Origin: PVC group bacterium
GTDB taxonomy: Bacteria; Verrucomicrobiota; Kiritimatiellia; PWTM01
Direction of reading: 5' to 3'
NCBI GenBank assembly: GCA_003563855.1
Contig: PWTM01000191.1
Span: forward strand, 1-47,643
Length of the DNA: 47,643 bases
The notes under the pieces were generated by a model. That model was given only the letters and a program-made list of their open reading frames with translations. It was not told the DNA's origin and searched no databases. Below, piece after piece: positions 1-10,680 of the stretch (position 1 is the stretch's first letter; each line of letters starts with the position of its first letter). The position numbers and the translations under genes are program-made.

Positions 1-1903
1 CCCGCTCCTCCATGATCTCCAGGAAATCCGTGGCGACCGACACCCCCTTCTCGTTCGCCAGGCGTTGCTGCACCTTGATCCGAACGATCGCCTCCAATGC
101 CCGTTCGCGGAGCATTCGGGCCGGCGACTCGCCGCCGAACTCCTCCCGCCAGAGGTCCGCGGCGTCGGTCACCCCGTGCGCGAAGAAGAAATGCCGGGCG
201 ACCGCGGCCCGTTCGCGCAGCATCCAGTGCCGCAGCTCCGCCGCGCTCACCGCCGTGCCGTCGATCGAGGCGACCGTGACCTCTTCCCCCTCCGCGGTGC
301 CGGGGGCGGCGCCGGGCATTCGCGGGAGCGCCGCGGGCATGGCGCCTCCGCTCGCCGCGGCCGCCTCTTCCCGCCCGCGCGGGAGAAACTCGTGGGCGCC
401 GATATCCGGGGCGCCGTGATAGAGGGGATTCCCCCAGAAGTCGCGTCCCCCGTGATCCGGAACCTCGCGCCCGGCGCCGATCGCCGGCGAATCGGGCCGC
501 AACCGGTAGCCGGCCAGGCGATCCGGATCGCGCATGTCGATGTCCCTGCCCCCGGTTCCGGGCGCCACCAGCCGGGGATCTCCGGTCACGGAATGGCGGC
601 CCCGCGGTTCGACGTTGAAGAACAGGTTGTGCGAGAATTCGGTGGTTTCCGGGTCCGGTTCGATGCCCCAGGCGCCCGCATCCTCGAAGACGAAGATGTT
701 GTTCCAGAACGCGGTCTCGATCGGGGTCCGGTTGTGGGGACGCGGGTTGGCGAAGATGGCGGCATTCAGCCCGGCCCGAAAGAAATGCGTGTTGTTATAG
801 ACCTGCACGTTGCGCACCCCCGCATCACGGGGGAAGCCGTAGAAATAGGCCCCGAGCCGTTCGTTCTGGCTGATGTTGTAGCGGATGACGACGTCCTCGT
901 TCACCGCTCTGCGCATGATCCCGGCGAACCAGTGGTTGTCGTGACTGTAGTTGTACTGGATCACCGTGCCGCGCGCGCTCCAGTCGGCATCGAAGCCGCC
1001 CCGGTCGCGATCGTTCCGCAGGTTCCCCGTATTGCCGTAGGCCTCGTTGAACTGCATCACGCAGTCGATGGTATTGAAATTGAAGACGCTGTGCCCGGTG
1101 CTGAAACGGCTGTTGAACGCGAGCACGTTGTGCTCCACGAGCGGCGCGATGGCCATCCGCACGATGATCCCGTTTCTGCCCGTCCGCTCGACCCGGTTTC
1201 CGCGGATCACCAGGTCGCGCCACGGGTAATAGTCGTCCGAGGTCAGGCCGCGCCAGGTCGACTGGTTGCCGATGCCGACCCCGCCCACGTTGCGGATGAC
1301 GTTGTTTTCGATGAGCACGCCATCGAAGCGGGTCCGGGTCTCGTCGCCGAGCACGTGGATGTGGATGCCCCCGTGCTCCTTGCCGCCCACCTCCCCGTTG
1401 ACGCTGTGGACATAGCAATGGCGGATCACGATGTGATTCAGTATGCCGGCATCCCGCCCGACCACATGGATTCCCCGCAGCGGCCCCTGGTCCCGACGCG
1501 ATCCGTCCGTGTTGGTCAGCTCCAGGTTGCTGACTTCCCAGTACTCGCCGTTCTCGAGGTAGAAGGCCGCGTTGACCGCGCCGTTCCCGTTGATCACGGG
1601 CTTGTTCTCGATGTCGTCCTCGAAAACCTCCCCCGTCGCGGGATCGTAGGCGGCCACGACGATAGGGGCCCCGGCGCGGCCGCTTCCCGTGGGCGTGAAC
1701 GCGCCGTTGAAGATGCGGCCCTGGGCGAAAAGGATGCGGTCCCCGGCCGAAAAGGTCGCCGCGCGGTAGGTGTCGAAGTCGGCCTGACTCCGGATGCGGA
1801 AGACCCCGGGCGTTTCCCCGGCGCCCCCGCCCAGGGAGGCCGCGCTCATCCATGCCAGGATCAACCCCGCCGCCCCTACGAGGCCTGCGTTCGGCTTGTA
1901 CAC
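1..1903 (-). CDS. Secreted right-handed parallel beta-helix (pectin-lyase-fold) protein with a C-terminal SurA-N/PPIase-like domain; 3' end runs off the window
   Basis: Not in the ORF track because no stop falls inside the window. Manual translation from GTG at 1903: signal-like MYKPNAGLVGAAGLILAWMSAASLG, then GDRILFAQG, beta-helix repeats (VLIENNVIRNVGG, LVIRGNRVERTG, TVIQYNYSHDN, VVIRYNISQN, VQVYNNT), the cap YRLRPDSPAIGAG...DFWGNP...PDIGAHE, a linker, then VASIDGTAVSAAELRHWM...RERALEAIVRIKVQQRLANEKG. The + strand ORF 65..2578 is its antisense shadow. Confidence 0.85.
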   Translation of the reverse strand, partial: MYKPNAGLVGAAGLILAWMSAASLGGGAGETPGVFRIRSQADFDTYRAATFSAGDRILFAQGRIFNGAFTPTGSGRAGAPIVVAAYDPATGEVFEDDIENKPVINGNGAVNAAFYLENGEYWEVSNLELTNTDGSRRDQGPLRGIHVVGRDAGILNHIVIRHCYVHSVNGEVGGKEHGGIHIHVLGDETRTRFDGVLIENNVIRNVGGVGIGNQSTWRGLTSDDYYPWRDLVIRGNRVERTGRNGIIVRMAIAPLVEHNVLAFNSRFSTGHSVFNFNTIDCVMQFNEAYGNTGNLRNDRDRGGFDADWSARGTVIQYNYSHDNHWFAGIMRRAVNEDVVIRYNISQNERLGAYFYGFPRDAGVRNVQVYNNTHFFRAGLNAAIFANPRPHNRTPIETAFWNNIFVFEDAGAWGIEPDPETTEFSHNLFFNVEPRGRHSVTGDPRLVAPGTGGRDIDMRDPDRLAGYRLRPDSPAIGAGREVPDHGGRDFWGNPLYHGAPDIGAHEFLPRGREEAAAASGGAMPAALPRMPGAAPGTAEGEEVTVASIDGTAVSAAELRHWMLRERAAVARHFFFAHGVTDAADLWREEFGGESPARMLRERALEAIVRIKVQQRLANEKGVSVATDFLEIMEER

Positions 1904-2059
1904 ACGCTCTTCTCGCTTTCCGATCGCCGACGAGCGAACCTCCACCGTTGGTTCGTCAAGGATCGTGCCGATGATGGAGTCTCTTCGCCCGGAAGACAAG
2001 AACCGGCGCTCTCCGCGCCGGCCGCCGAGGTCCGGCCTATCACCGATGGCAAAGCAAAA

Positions 2060-2541
2060 CAGCTTCGGCGGCGCTGTCGCCGGGCTTCACCCTATGGAGT
2101 GCGGTGGCAGAGTCCCGGGCGCGCCGCGCGCCCGGGACGGCGACACCGCTTTCGCCCACGCCAGCCGCCGCGTGCCCCCGACCAACCCAAAGCGGCGTCG
2201 CCGGGCTTCGCCCTCTGCCGCCGCACTCCATATCGCGTCACCCTTTTGGCACCGTACGAGCCCCCCGCAGAAGCGAAGCGGGTGGATGTCCGCCCCCCGG
2301 GAACGCCACGCTCCAGCGTGGCACGGTCCTGGTCCGCGCGGTTCTCGTCCCCTTGGTCGGCCAGGCTGGAGCCTGGCGTTCCCGGGGGGCACGCTCCTCT
2401 CTACGTTATCGCCCCCTCTGCTGGATCCCCCCGGGGCGGCACGGAACCCTTACGAAGTCATCGGTTCTCCCGCCCCGGGGGCGGCCCCGCACCACGCCGC
2501 ACGGGGAGAAACCACCGCACGCCGAGAACTGGGGAAATTCC
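2060..2541 (+). repeat. Composite REP-like element, copy 1
   Basis: Contains the inverted pair TGGAGTGCGGTGGCAGAG...CTCTGCCGCCGCACTCCA and the pair CCCGGGAACGCCACGCTCCAGCGTGGC...GCCAGGCTGGAGCCTGGCGTTCCCGGG. Aligns by eye with 28645-29040 (reverse) and 13559-13769. Confidence 0.8.
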
Positions 2542-2557
2542 GCAGCAGTTACCACTC

Positions 2558-2586
2558 TTGTATTTTCGCGCCGGCTAGCCTACATT
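2558..2586 (+). promoter_or_regulatory. Putative sigma70 promoter for nadE (probably leaderless)
   Basis: TTGTAT-N17-TACATT, ending 8 nt before the ATG at 2595. Confidence 0.45.
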
Positions 2587-2594
2587 CCTGTCGC

Positions 2595-4330
2595 ATGAAG
2601 CGGATCGTCGTGGCGCTGGTGCAGGTGGACTTCACGGTGGGGGCTTTGCGGCCGAACGCGGAGAAGATCGCGCGGCTGGCGGGGCGGCTTCACGCGGAGG
2701 GGGCCGGGGTGGTGGTTTTCCCGGAGCTTGCGCTCTGCGGTTATCCGCCGGAAGACCTGGTGCTCAAGCCGCATTTCCTCGACGACGCGGCGGCGGCGCT
2801 TGGGGACCTGGCGGCGGCGCTGCCGCCGGCGGCCGTGGTGCTGGCCGGGGCGCCGGTGCGCCGGCGGGGCCGGGTGCTGAACGCGGCCGCCGTCCTGGCG
2901 GGGGGCCGGCTGGCGGCCGTCTACGGCAAGCACCTGCTGCCGAACTACGGGGTGTTCGACGAGAAGCGGCTTTTCGCGCCGGGCGGAACCTCGCTGGTGC
3001 TGACGGCGCCGGGCGCGCGGCTCGGGGTGCACGTCTGCGAGGATTCCTGGGAGTCGCGGGGCGCGCCCTGCCGGCGGCTCGCCGCCGCGGGCGTGGACGC
3101 GGTGCTGAATCTCTCCGCCTCGCCCTACCATCGCGGGAAGGCGGCCGAGCGCCTGGATGTGCTGGCGGCGGCGGCGCGCGCGGTCGGGGCGCCGCTGCTC
3201 TACTGCAACCTGGTCGGCGGACAGGACGAGCTGGTCTTCGACGGCGCGAGCATGGCGGTGGGGGCCGACGGCCGCCTTCGCGCCCGCGCGGCCGCCTTCG
3301 AAGAAGACGTGCTCTGGTTCGAGCTGCCCTGCGCCGCCCGCTCCGGCGCGAAACGCCTGGCCCGGCTGCGCGAAGCCGCGCTGCCCGTCCCGATCCCGCC
3401 CGCGCGCCGGCCCCGGCGGCCGCGGCGGATCGCGCCGCTGCCGGGTGCGGTCGAGGAGGTGTACCGCGCGCTCTCGCTCGGGCTGCGCGACTACATGGAC
3501 AAGAACGGCTTCGGGAAGGCGGTGATCGCGCTCAGCGGCGGGATCGATTCCGCGCTGGTGGCGGTGCTGGCGGCCGATGCGCTGGGCGCGGACCGGGTGC
3601 ACGCGGTGACGATGCCCTCGCGCTATTCCTCGGCCGGGACCCGGCGCGATGCGCGGCGGCTGGCGCGCAACCTCGGCATCCCGCTGCGGACGATCCCGAT
3701 CGATCCGCTGGTCGAGGCCTGCCGGGCCGCGCTCGCGCCCCACTGGGGCGCTCCGCCGCCGGACCTCGTCGAGGAGAACGTGCAGGCCCGGCTTCGCGGG
3801 CTGCTGGTCATGGCGCTCTCGAACGCGTTCGGCTGGCTGGTGCTCTCGACCGGGAACAAGAGCGAGCTGGCGATGGGCTACTGCACGCTCTACGGCGACA
3901 TGGCGGGCGGCTACGCGCTGATCAAGGACGTGCCCAAGACGCTGGTCTTCGAGCTGTGCCGCTGGCGCAACGCGCAGGGCCGGCCGCCCGTCATCCCGCC
4001 CTCGGTCCTCACGCGCGCGCCCAGCGCCGAGCTGCGCGAGAACCAGCGCGACGAGGACAGCCTTCCGCCCTACGCGCGGCTGGACCCGATCCTCGAGCGC
4101 TACGTCGAGCGCGACGGGCGGTTCGATGCCATCGTCGCGGAAGGATTCGCCCCCGAAACGGTTGCGCGCGTGATCCGGGGGGTGGACGCGGCCGAGTACA
4201 AGCGCCGGCAGGGCGCGCCGGGGGTGAGGATCACGGCGCGCGCCTTCGGCCGCGACCGCCGGATGCCGATCGTGAATCTCTACCGCGAGGGGCCGCGGCC
4301 GGCCGGGGTCCGCGCACGGGGGACCTCCGC

Positions 4331-4334
<4 letters not shown>
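2595..4334 (+). CDS. nadE: Glutamine-dependent NAD+ synthetase
   Basis: N-terminal nitrilase domain (FPEL, FDEKR, HVCED triad) and a synthetase domain with SGGIDS, ENVQARLRG, TGNKSE and PSAELR. Start is MKRIVVAL at 2595; the upstream ORF extension is repeat DNA. Confidence 0.96.
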
Positions 4335-5869
<1,535 letters not shown>

Positions 5870-5877
5870 CCCGCGCC

Positions 5878-7614
5878 TCAGATGCGGTCGGGCGTCTCGA
5901 TCCCGAGCAGGTCCAGCCCCGCGCGTAGCGCGCGGGCCACGGCGCCGCAGATCCGCACGCGACTCTCGCGCACGCCCTCGGGTGCGCGCAGGAACGGCAC
6001 GTTCTGGTAGAAGCGGCTGTAGGCCTGGGCCAGCTCGTAGAGGTAGTCGGCCAGCAGGCTGGGCCGGAAGGCGGAGGCCGCGCGCAGCACGGCGTCCGGG
6101 AACCGCAGCAGGTGGAGCGCGAGCCGGCGCTCCGACGGGTCGGTGAAGCGGATCGGATGCCGGTCCAGCGCCGCGGCGTCGAAGCGCTCCGCGTACTTGT
6201 CCCGCACGCTCGCGATCCGGGCGAAGGCGTACTGCAGGTAGGGGGCCGAGTTGCCGTCGAGCGCCAGTGCCTTGTCCCAGGTGAAGGTGACGAGGCTCTG
6301 CGGGTGCTGGCTCAGGTCGGCGTACTTGACCGCGCCGAGGCCGACGGCGCGGGCGATCGCGCGCTGCTGCGCCTCGGGCAGGTCCGGACTCGAGGCGCGG
6401 ACCAGCGCCAGGGCCCGCTCCTCGGCCTCGTCGAGCAGCCGCTCGAGCTTGATGACGTTCCCCTCGCGCGTCGAGAACGTGCCCTCGGGGAGCCGCATGA
6501 GGCCGAACCAGACGTGGGCGAGCCGGGTGCGCACGCCGAGCCGGCGCGCGACGGCGAAGACCTGCCGGAAGTGGAGCTGCTGCCGCTCGTCCGTCACGTA
6601 GACGATCGCCTCGGGCGCGAACGCCTGCACGCGGTCGAGCACCGTCGCCAGATCCGTCGTCGCGTAGTTGAACCCCCCGTCGCGCTTGCGCACGAGGCAG
6701 ACGGGCAGGCCCTCGTCCTCGAGGTCCACGACCAGCGCGCCTTCGCTCTCGCGCGCCAGGCCTTCGCGCTCCATCCGGGCGATCAGGTCCGGCAGCGCCT
6801 CGTTGTAGTGACTCTCCCCGCGCGTGAGGTCGAAGCGCACGCCGAGCCGCGCGTAGATGCGGTCGAACTCCTGCCGGCTGAGCTCGACGAACCGCGTCCA
6901 GAGCGCCCGGTTCTCCGGGTCGCCCTGCTGGAGCTTGACCAGCTCGCGCCGGGCGGCGTCGCGCCAGGCCTCGTCCTCGCGTGCGCGCTCGTAGCTCGCG
7001 ACGTAGATGCGCTCGAGCTCTTCGACCGGGGCCGCCTCGAGCGCGACCGGGTCGGCGAAGTGCCGGTAGCCGAGGATCAGGATACCGAACTGCGTGCCCC
7101 AGTCGCCCAGGTGGTTGTCGGCGATGACCCGGTAGCCGAGGAACCGGTGCAGGCGATCGAGCGCGTTCCCGATGACGGTCGAGCGGATGTGCCCGACGTG
7201 CATCGGCTTGGCGACGTTCGGGCTCGAGTAGTCGAGCACGAGCGTGCGGCCCGCGCCGGGGGCGGGCGTCCCGAGCCGCGGGTCGGCGGCGGCGGCCTCG
7301 AGGCGGCGGGCCGCCCAGGCGTCGTCGATCCGAAGGTTCAGGAAGCCCGGGCCGGCGACCTCGACCGCCGCAACGGCCGGGTGGGGCGGGGCGGCGGCCG
7401 CCGCGGCCTCCGCGATCGCGCGCGGCGGCTTGCGCAGCGTGCGCGCGAGGCCCATCGCCGCGTTGCACTGCGCGTCGCCGTGCGCCTCCTGCGCCGTACG
7501 GGCGACAGGCGCCGCGAAGTCGGGCGCCTCCGCCAGCGCCGGGAACGCGGCGCGGAACGCCGCGCGCGCCCATGTGGAAAGTTCCTGCTCCAGCGTGTGC
7601 TCTTCCTGGGTCAT
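5878..7614 (-). CDS. argS: Arginine--tRNA ligase
   Basis: DYSSPNVAKPMHVGHIRST (HIGH-like), HLGDWGTQFG, GNSAPYLQYA and C-terminal GLDLLGIETPDRI. ATG at 7614 preceded by AAGGGG. Confidence 0.96.
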   Translation of the reverse strand: MTQEEHTLEQELSTWARAAFRAAFPALAEAPDFAAPVARTAQEAHGDAQCNAAMGLARTLRKPPRAIAEAAAAAAPPHPAVAAVEVAGPGFLNLRIDDAWAARRLEAAAADPRLGTPAPGAGRTLVLDYSSPNVAKPMHVGHIRSTVIGNALDRLHRFLGYRVIADNHLGDWGTQFGILILGYRHFADPVALEAAPVEELERIYVASYERAREDEAWRDAARRELVKLQQGDPENRALWTRFVELSRQEFDRIYARLGVRFDLTRGESHYNEALPDLIARMEREGLARESEGALVVDLEDEGLPVCLVRKRDGGFNYATTDLATVLDRVQAFAPEAIVYVTDERQQLHFRQVFAVARRLGVRTRLAHVWFGLMRLPEGTFSTREGNVIKLERLLDEAEERALALVRASSPDLPEAQQRAIARAVGLGAVKYADLSQHPQSLVTFTWDKALALDGNSAPYLQYAFARIASVRDKYAERFDAAALDRHPIRFTDPSERRLALHLLRFPDAVLRAASAFRPSLLADYLYELAQAYSRFYQNVPFLRAPEGVRESRVRICGAVARALRAGLDLLGIETPDRI

Positions 7615-7724
7615 CCCGGTCCCCTTGACGGCCGCCGCCGAAGCGGGCATTGTCGGGGTCGGAGGCGCGAAGCGCAATGAAGATTCGCCGCCGGGGTCCC
7701 CGGCGCGATGGAGGAAACCGAACC

Positions 7725-8042
7725 ATGTCCCCAGCGAAGAAGAGCACCGGCGCGACCCGGAAGACGACGGCCCGGGCGGCGAAGGCGCCGGCCGCGAAAG
7801 CGCCCGCGAAGCCGGCGGCGAAGAAGGCGGCCGCGAAGAAGACGGTCCGGAAGACGGCGAAGACGCCGGCGGCCGCGGCGCCGGCGTCGGCGGTCCGTCC
7901 CGAGGAGCGGCATCGCCGCATTGCCGAGGCGGCCTATTTCATTGCGCTCAAGAAGGGCTTCGGTCGCAGCGACCCGGCCCATGACTGGGCGGAGGCGGAG
8001 AAGGAAGTCGACGCGCAGCTCGCGCGCGAAGCCCGTCGCTGA
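7725..8042 (+). CDS. Histone H1-like Lys/Ala-rich protein with C-terminal DUF2934-like domain
   Basis: GGAGG RBS; AAKAPAAKAPAKPAAKKAAAKK repeats; C-terminal ERHRRIAEAAYFIA...DWAEAEKEVD. Confidence 0.8.
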   Translation: MSPAKKSTGATRKTTARAAKAPAAKAPAKPAAKKAAAKKTVRKTAKTPAAAAPASAVRPEERHRRIAEAAYFIALKKGFGRSDPAHDWAEAEKEVDAQLAREARR

Positions 8043-8046
8043 GCGG

Positions 8047-8853
8047 ATGAGCGGTCGCCCCCGGATCCTCGTGATCACGGGCTACGGCCTGAATTGCGAG
8101 GCCGAGTCCTGTCACGCCTGGGCGCGGGCCGGCGCGGCGCCCGAGGCGGTGCATCTCTCCGACCTGCTGGCCGATCCCTCCCGGCTCGACGCCTTTGCGG
8201 GCCTGATGTTCATCGGGGGGTTCTCCTTCGGCGATCACATGACGTCGGGCCACGTCATGGCCGTGCGCCTGCGGCACCGGCTCGGGCCGCACCTGGAGCG
8301 GTTTCTCGACCGTGGCGGGTTGGCGCTGGGCGTCTGCAACGGGTTCCAGATCATGGTCAAGCTCGGCCTCGTGCCGGGCCTGCCCGATCCGCGGGCCTCG
8401 CGGCTTTCACCGCAGGTCGCGCTGATGGCCAACGACTGCGGCGCCTTCCAGAACCGCTGGGTGCGTGTCCGGTTCGAGCCCGACTCGCCCTGCGTCTTCA
8501 CGCGCGGGCTGGACACGATGCCGCTCCCCGTGCGCCACGGCGAGGGGAAGCTTTTCGTCCCGCGCAAGGCCGTGCTGGAGGCGATCGAAGCCGCGGGCTG
8601 CGTCGCCTGCCGCTACATCGACCCCGAGACCGGCGCGCCCGCGGACCGCTTCCCCGCCAACCCGAACGGGTCGGTCCATGCCATCGCCGGCCTCTGCGAT
8701 CCGACCGGCCGCGTCTTCGGGCTGATGCCGCACCCGGAAGCCTACCTCTACCCCGAGAACCACCCGACCTGGGACTTCGAGGGGAGCCCGCGCGACGAAG
8801 GCGAAGGCCTGGCCCTCTTCCGCAACGCCGTCGAGTTCTTGCGGGCGGGCTAG
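8047..8853 (+). CDS. purQ: Phosphoribosylformylglycinamidine synthase glutaminase subunit
   Basis: GYGLNCE, GGFSFGD, GVCNGFQ nucleophile elbow, HGEG, NPNGS, GLMPHPE. Confidence 0.93.
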   Translation: MSGRPRILVITGYGLNCEAESCHAWARAGAAPEAVHLSDLLADPSRLDAFAGLMFIGGFSFGDHMTSGHVMAVRLRHRLGPHLERFLDRGGLALGVCNGFQIMVKLGLVPGLPDPRASRLSPQVALMANDCGAFQNRWVRVRFEPDSPCVFTRGLDTMPLPVRHGEGKLFVPRKAVLEAIEAAGCVACRYIDPETGAPADRFPANPNGSVHAIAGLCDPTGRVFGLMPHPEAYLYPENHPTWDFEGSPRDEGEGLALFRNAVEFLRAG

Positions 8854-8880
8854 CGGCGGTTGAGGGGGCGAACGCCGAAC

Positions 8881-9306
8881 GGATGGAATCAGGAACTCAG
8901 GAAAGGCCGGAATCGGACCGCCGCGGAGCCCGCTTTCCTGAGTTCCTGATTGAACCTGCCCCCGTGGCCGCCCCCACGGAACACGCCGGCTCCGTGACGC
9001 CGCGACTCCATTTTGCCCGCCGGGTTCCGTCCCGTCTTCCAAGGCCTGGAAGACCGGGCCGCTCGCCCTTCCAAGGCTTGGAGACCCCACCGCGTCCTGT
9101 CCTTCGGTGCAGCCCGTCCCTCGTGTGTGCCCATCATTCGCGTCCATTCGCGGTTAACTCCGCGCCTTCACCCTCCCGTGCGCACCCGTAGTGAACGACA
9201 TAGCGAGGATCATCAGGCCAGAATCTGTGGGGAGGCCCAAGGCGAGGCCCAGGAGCGACGCCCGCGCCGTTGAACGTTGAGCGTTGAGCGTTGAACGTTG
9301 AACGTT
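8881..9306. repeat. Intergenic mosaic of short repeats and palindromes
   Basis: Inverted pair AATCAGGAACTCAGGAAAG...CTTTCCTGAGTTCCTGATT; TTCCA-N5-TGGA palindromes at 9037 and 9069; ATTCGCGTCCATTCGCGGTTA; 7-mer run (CGTTGAR)n at 9268-9306. Confidence 0.75.
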
Positions 9307-9413
9307 TCCGTCCAATTTGCTCCGTCCGACGGAAGGTGATAGGGTGGTCGCGGTCCTGCGGATCGGGTGGGGGCTGGCAGGGTTCCGCGGAGGCATCAGC
9401 GAAGGAAACGACG

Positions 9414-10670
9414 ATGAAGGCTTTTCGAGAAGACGGGTTCCGCGGATGGCGGTGGGCGGCGGTGGCCGTCGGGTTCGGCCTGCTCGCGGGCGCGGGCTTC
9501 GCGCGGGGGGGCGAAACGATCGAACTCGTCCGCCACGGGGACGGCGCGCTGGAGATCAGCGAATCGTTGCGCAACGAGGCGGAGGCCGCGCTTCGCCGCG
9601 CCACGGACTGGCTGAAGGCGCGCCAGCGGTCCGAGGGGCACTGGTCGAATCCCGAGCACCCGGCGTTGACGGCGCTGCCGCTCTGGGCGCTGGTCGACGG
9701 CGGCGAGCGCGAGAGCGCGGCCGCGCGGCGGGCCGTGGCGTGGCTGCGCGGGCGCGTGCAGGACGACGGCGGCATCTACGTGCCCCGCGAAGAGGGGCGC
9801 GGCGGCGGCCTGGCGAACTACAACACGGCCATCGGCATGGTCGCGCTGCACCGCACCGGCGATCCGGCGCTGACGCCGGTGGTTCAGCGCGCGCGCGAGT
9901 TCGTGGCACGCAGCCAGCATCTCGGCGGCGATCTCTACCACGGCGGCATGGGATACGACGCCGCCACCGGCCGGGCCTATGCCGATCTTTCCAACTCCGT
10001 CGTGGCCTTCGAGGCGATGCGGCTGACCGAGTCCGTCGAGGATCTGCGGCCGACCGGCGAGGACCGGGTCGACCTCGACTGGGAGGCCGCGGTTCAGTTC
10101 ATCCAGCGCTCGCACAACCACCCGGATTTCAATCCCCAGCCGTGGGCGACCGACGACCCGCGCGAGCGGGGCGGCTTCGCGTACCACCCCGAGCAGACGC
10201 GCGCCGGCACGTTTGAGGACGACGAGGGCGTGGTCCGGTTCCGCTCGATGCCCGGGATGACCTATGCCGGGTTGCTGAGCTACATCTACGCCGATGTCGA
10301 CCGCGGCGATCCGCGGGTCCGGGCGACGATCGACTGGGTCACCCGAAACTGGTCGCTGGACGGGAACAATCCCGTTTCGGGCGGCGAGCAGCATCACGAT
10401 ACGCAGGACGATCGCGAGGGGCTCTTCTACCTCTACAACGTCATGTCCAAGGGCCTGGCGGCCTACGGACAGGACGTCTTCAACCCGCCGGGGCGTCCGC
10501 CGTTCAACTGGCGCGTCCAGTTGATTGAGCGGCTGCTGGCGCTGCAGCGGATCGACGCCGACCCCGGGCACGGGTTCTGGGTCAACGCCGTCGGCCGCTA
10601 CTGGGAGGCGGACCCGGTGCTGGTCACGGCCTACGCGCTGATCGCGCTGCAGATCGCGCTGGGCGGATGA
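9414..10670 (+). CDS. Exported prenyltransferase/squalene-oxidase-repeat (alpha-alpha toroid) protein
   Basis: Signal-like N-terminus; QW-like repeats (WLKARQRSEGHW, WLRGRVQDDGG, LLALQR...GFW); YADLSNS; MTYAGLLSY. Confidence 0.75.
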   Translation: MKAFREDGFRGWRWAAVAVGFGLLAGAGFARGGETIELVRHGDGALEISESLRNEAEAALRRATDWLKARQRSEGHWSNPEHPALTALPLWALVDGGERESAAARRAVAWLRGRVQDDGGIYVPREEGRGGGLANYNTAIGMVALHRTGDPALTPVVQRAREFVARSQHLGGDLYHGGMGYDAATGRAYADLSNSVVAFEAMRLTESVEDLRPTGEDRVDLDWEAAVQFIQRSHNHPDFNPQPWATDDPRERGGFAYHPEQTRAGTFEDDEGVVRFRSMPGMTYAGLLSYIYADVDRGDPRVRATIDWVTRNWSLDGNNPVSGGEQHHDTQDDREGLFYLYNVMSKGLAAYGQDVFNPPGRPPFNWRVQLIERLLALQRIDADPGHGFWVNAVGRYWEADPVLVTAYALIALQIALGG

Positions 10671-10680
10671 GCGCGCGGGC

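Noticed and set aside
65-2578. 837-aa plus-strand ORF and other very long Arg/Pro/Gly-rich ORFs (for example 4280..7921, 17103..20705, 36750..38897, 42000..44276)
   Set aside because: Antisense or alternate-frame shadows of real genes, expected at this GC content; no recognisable motifs.
9414-10670. Squalene-hopene cyclase
   Set aside because: Too short (about 418 aa), has a signal-like N-terminus and lacks the DxDD motif.
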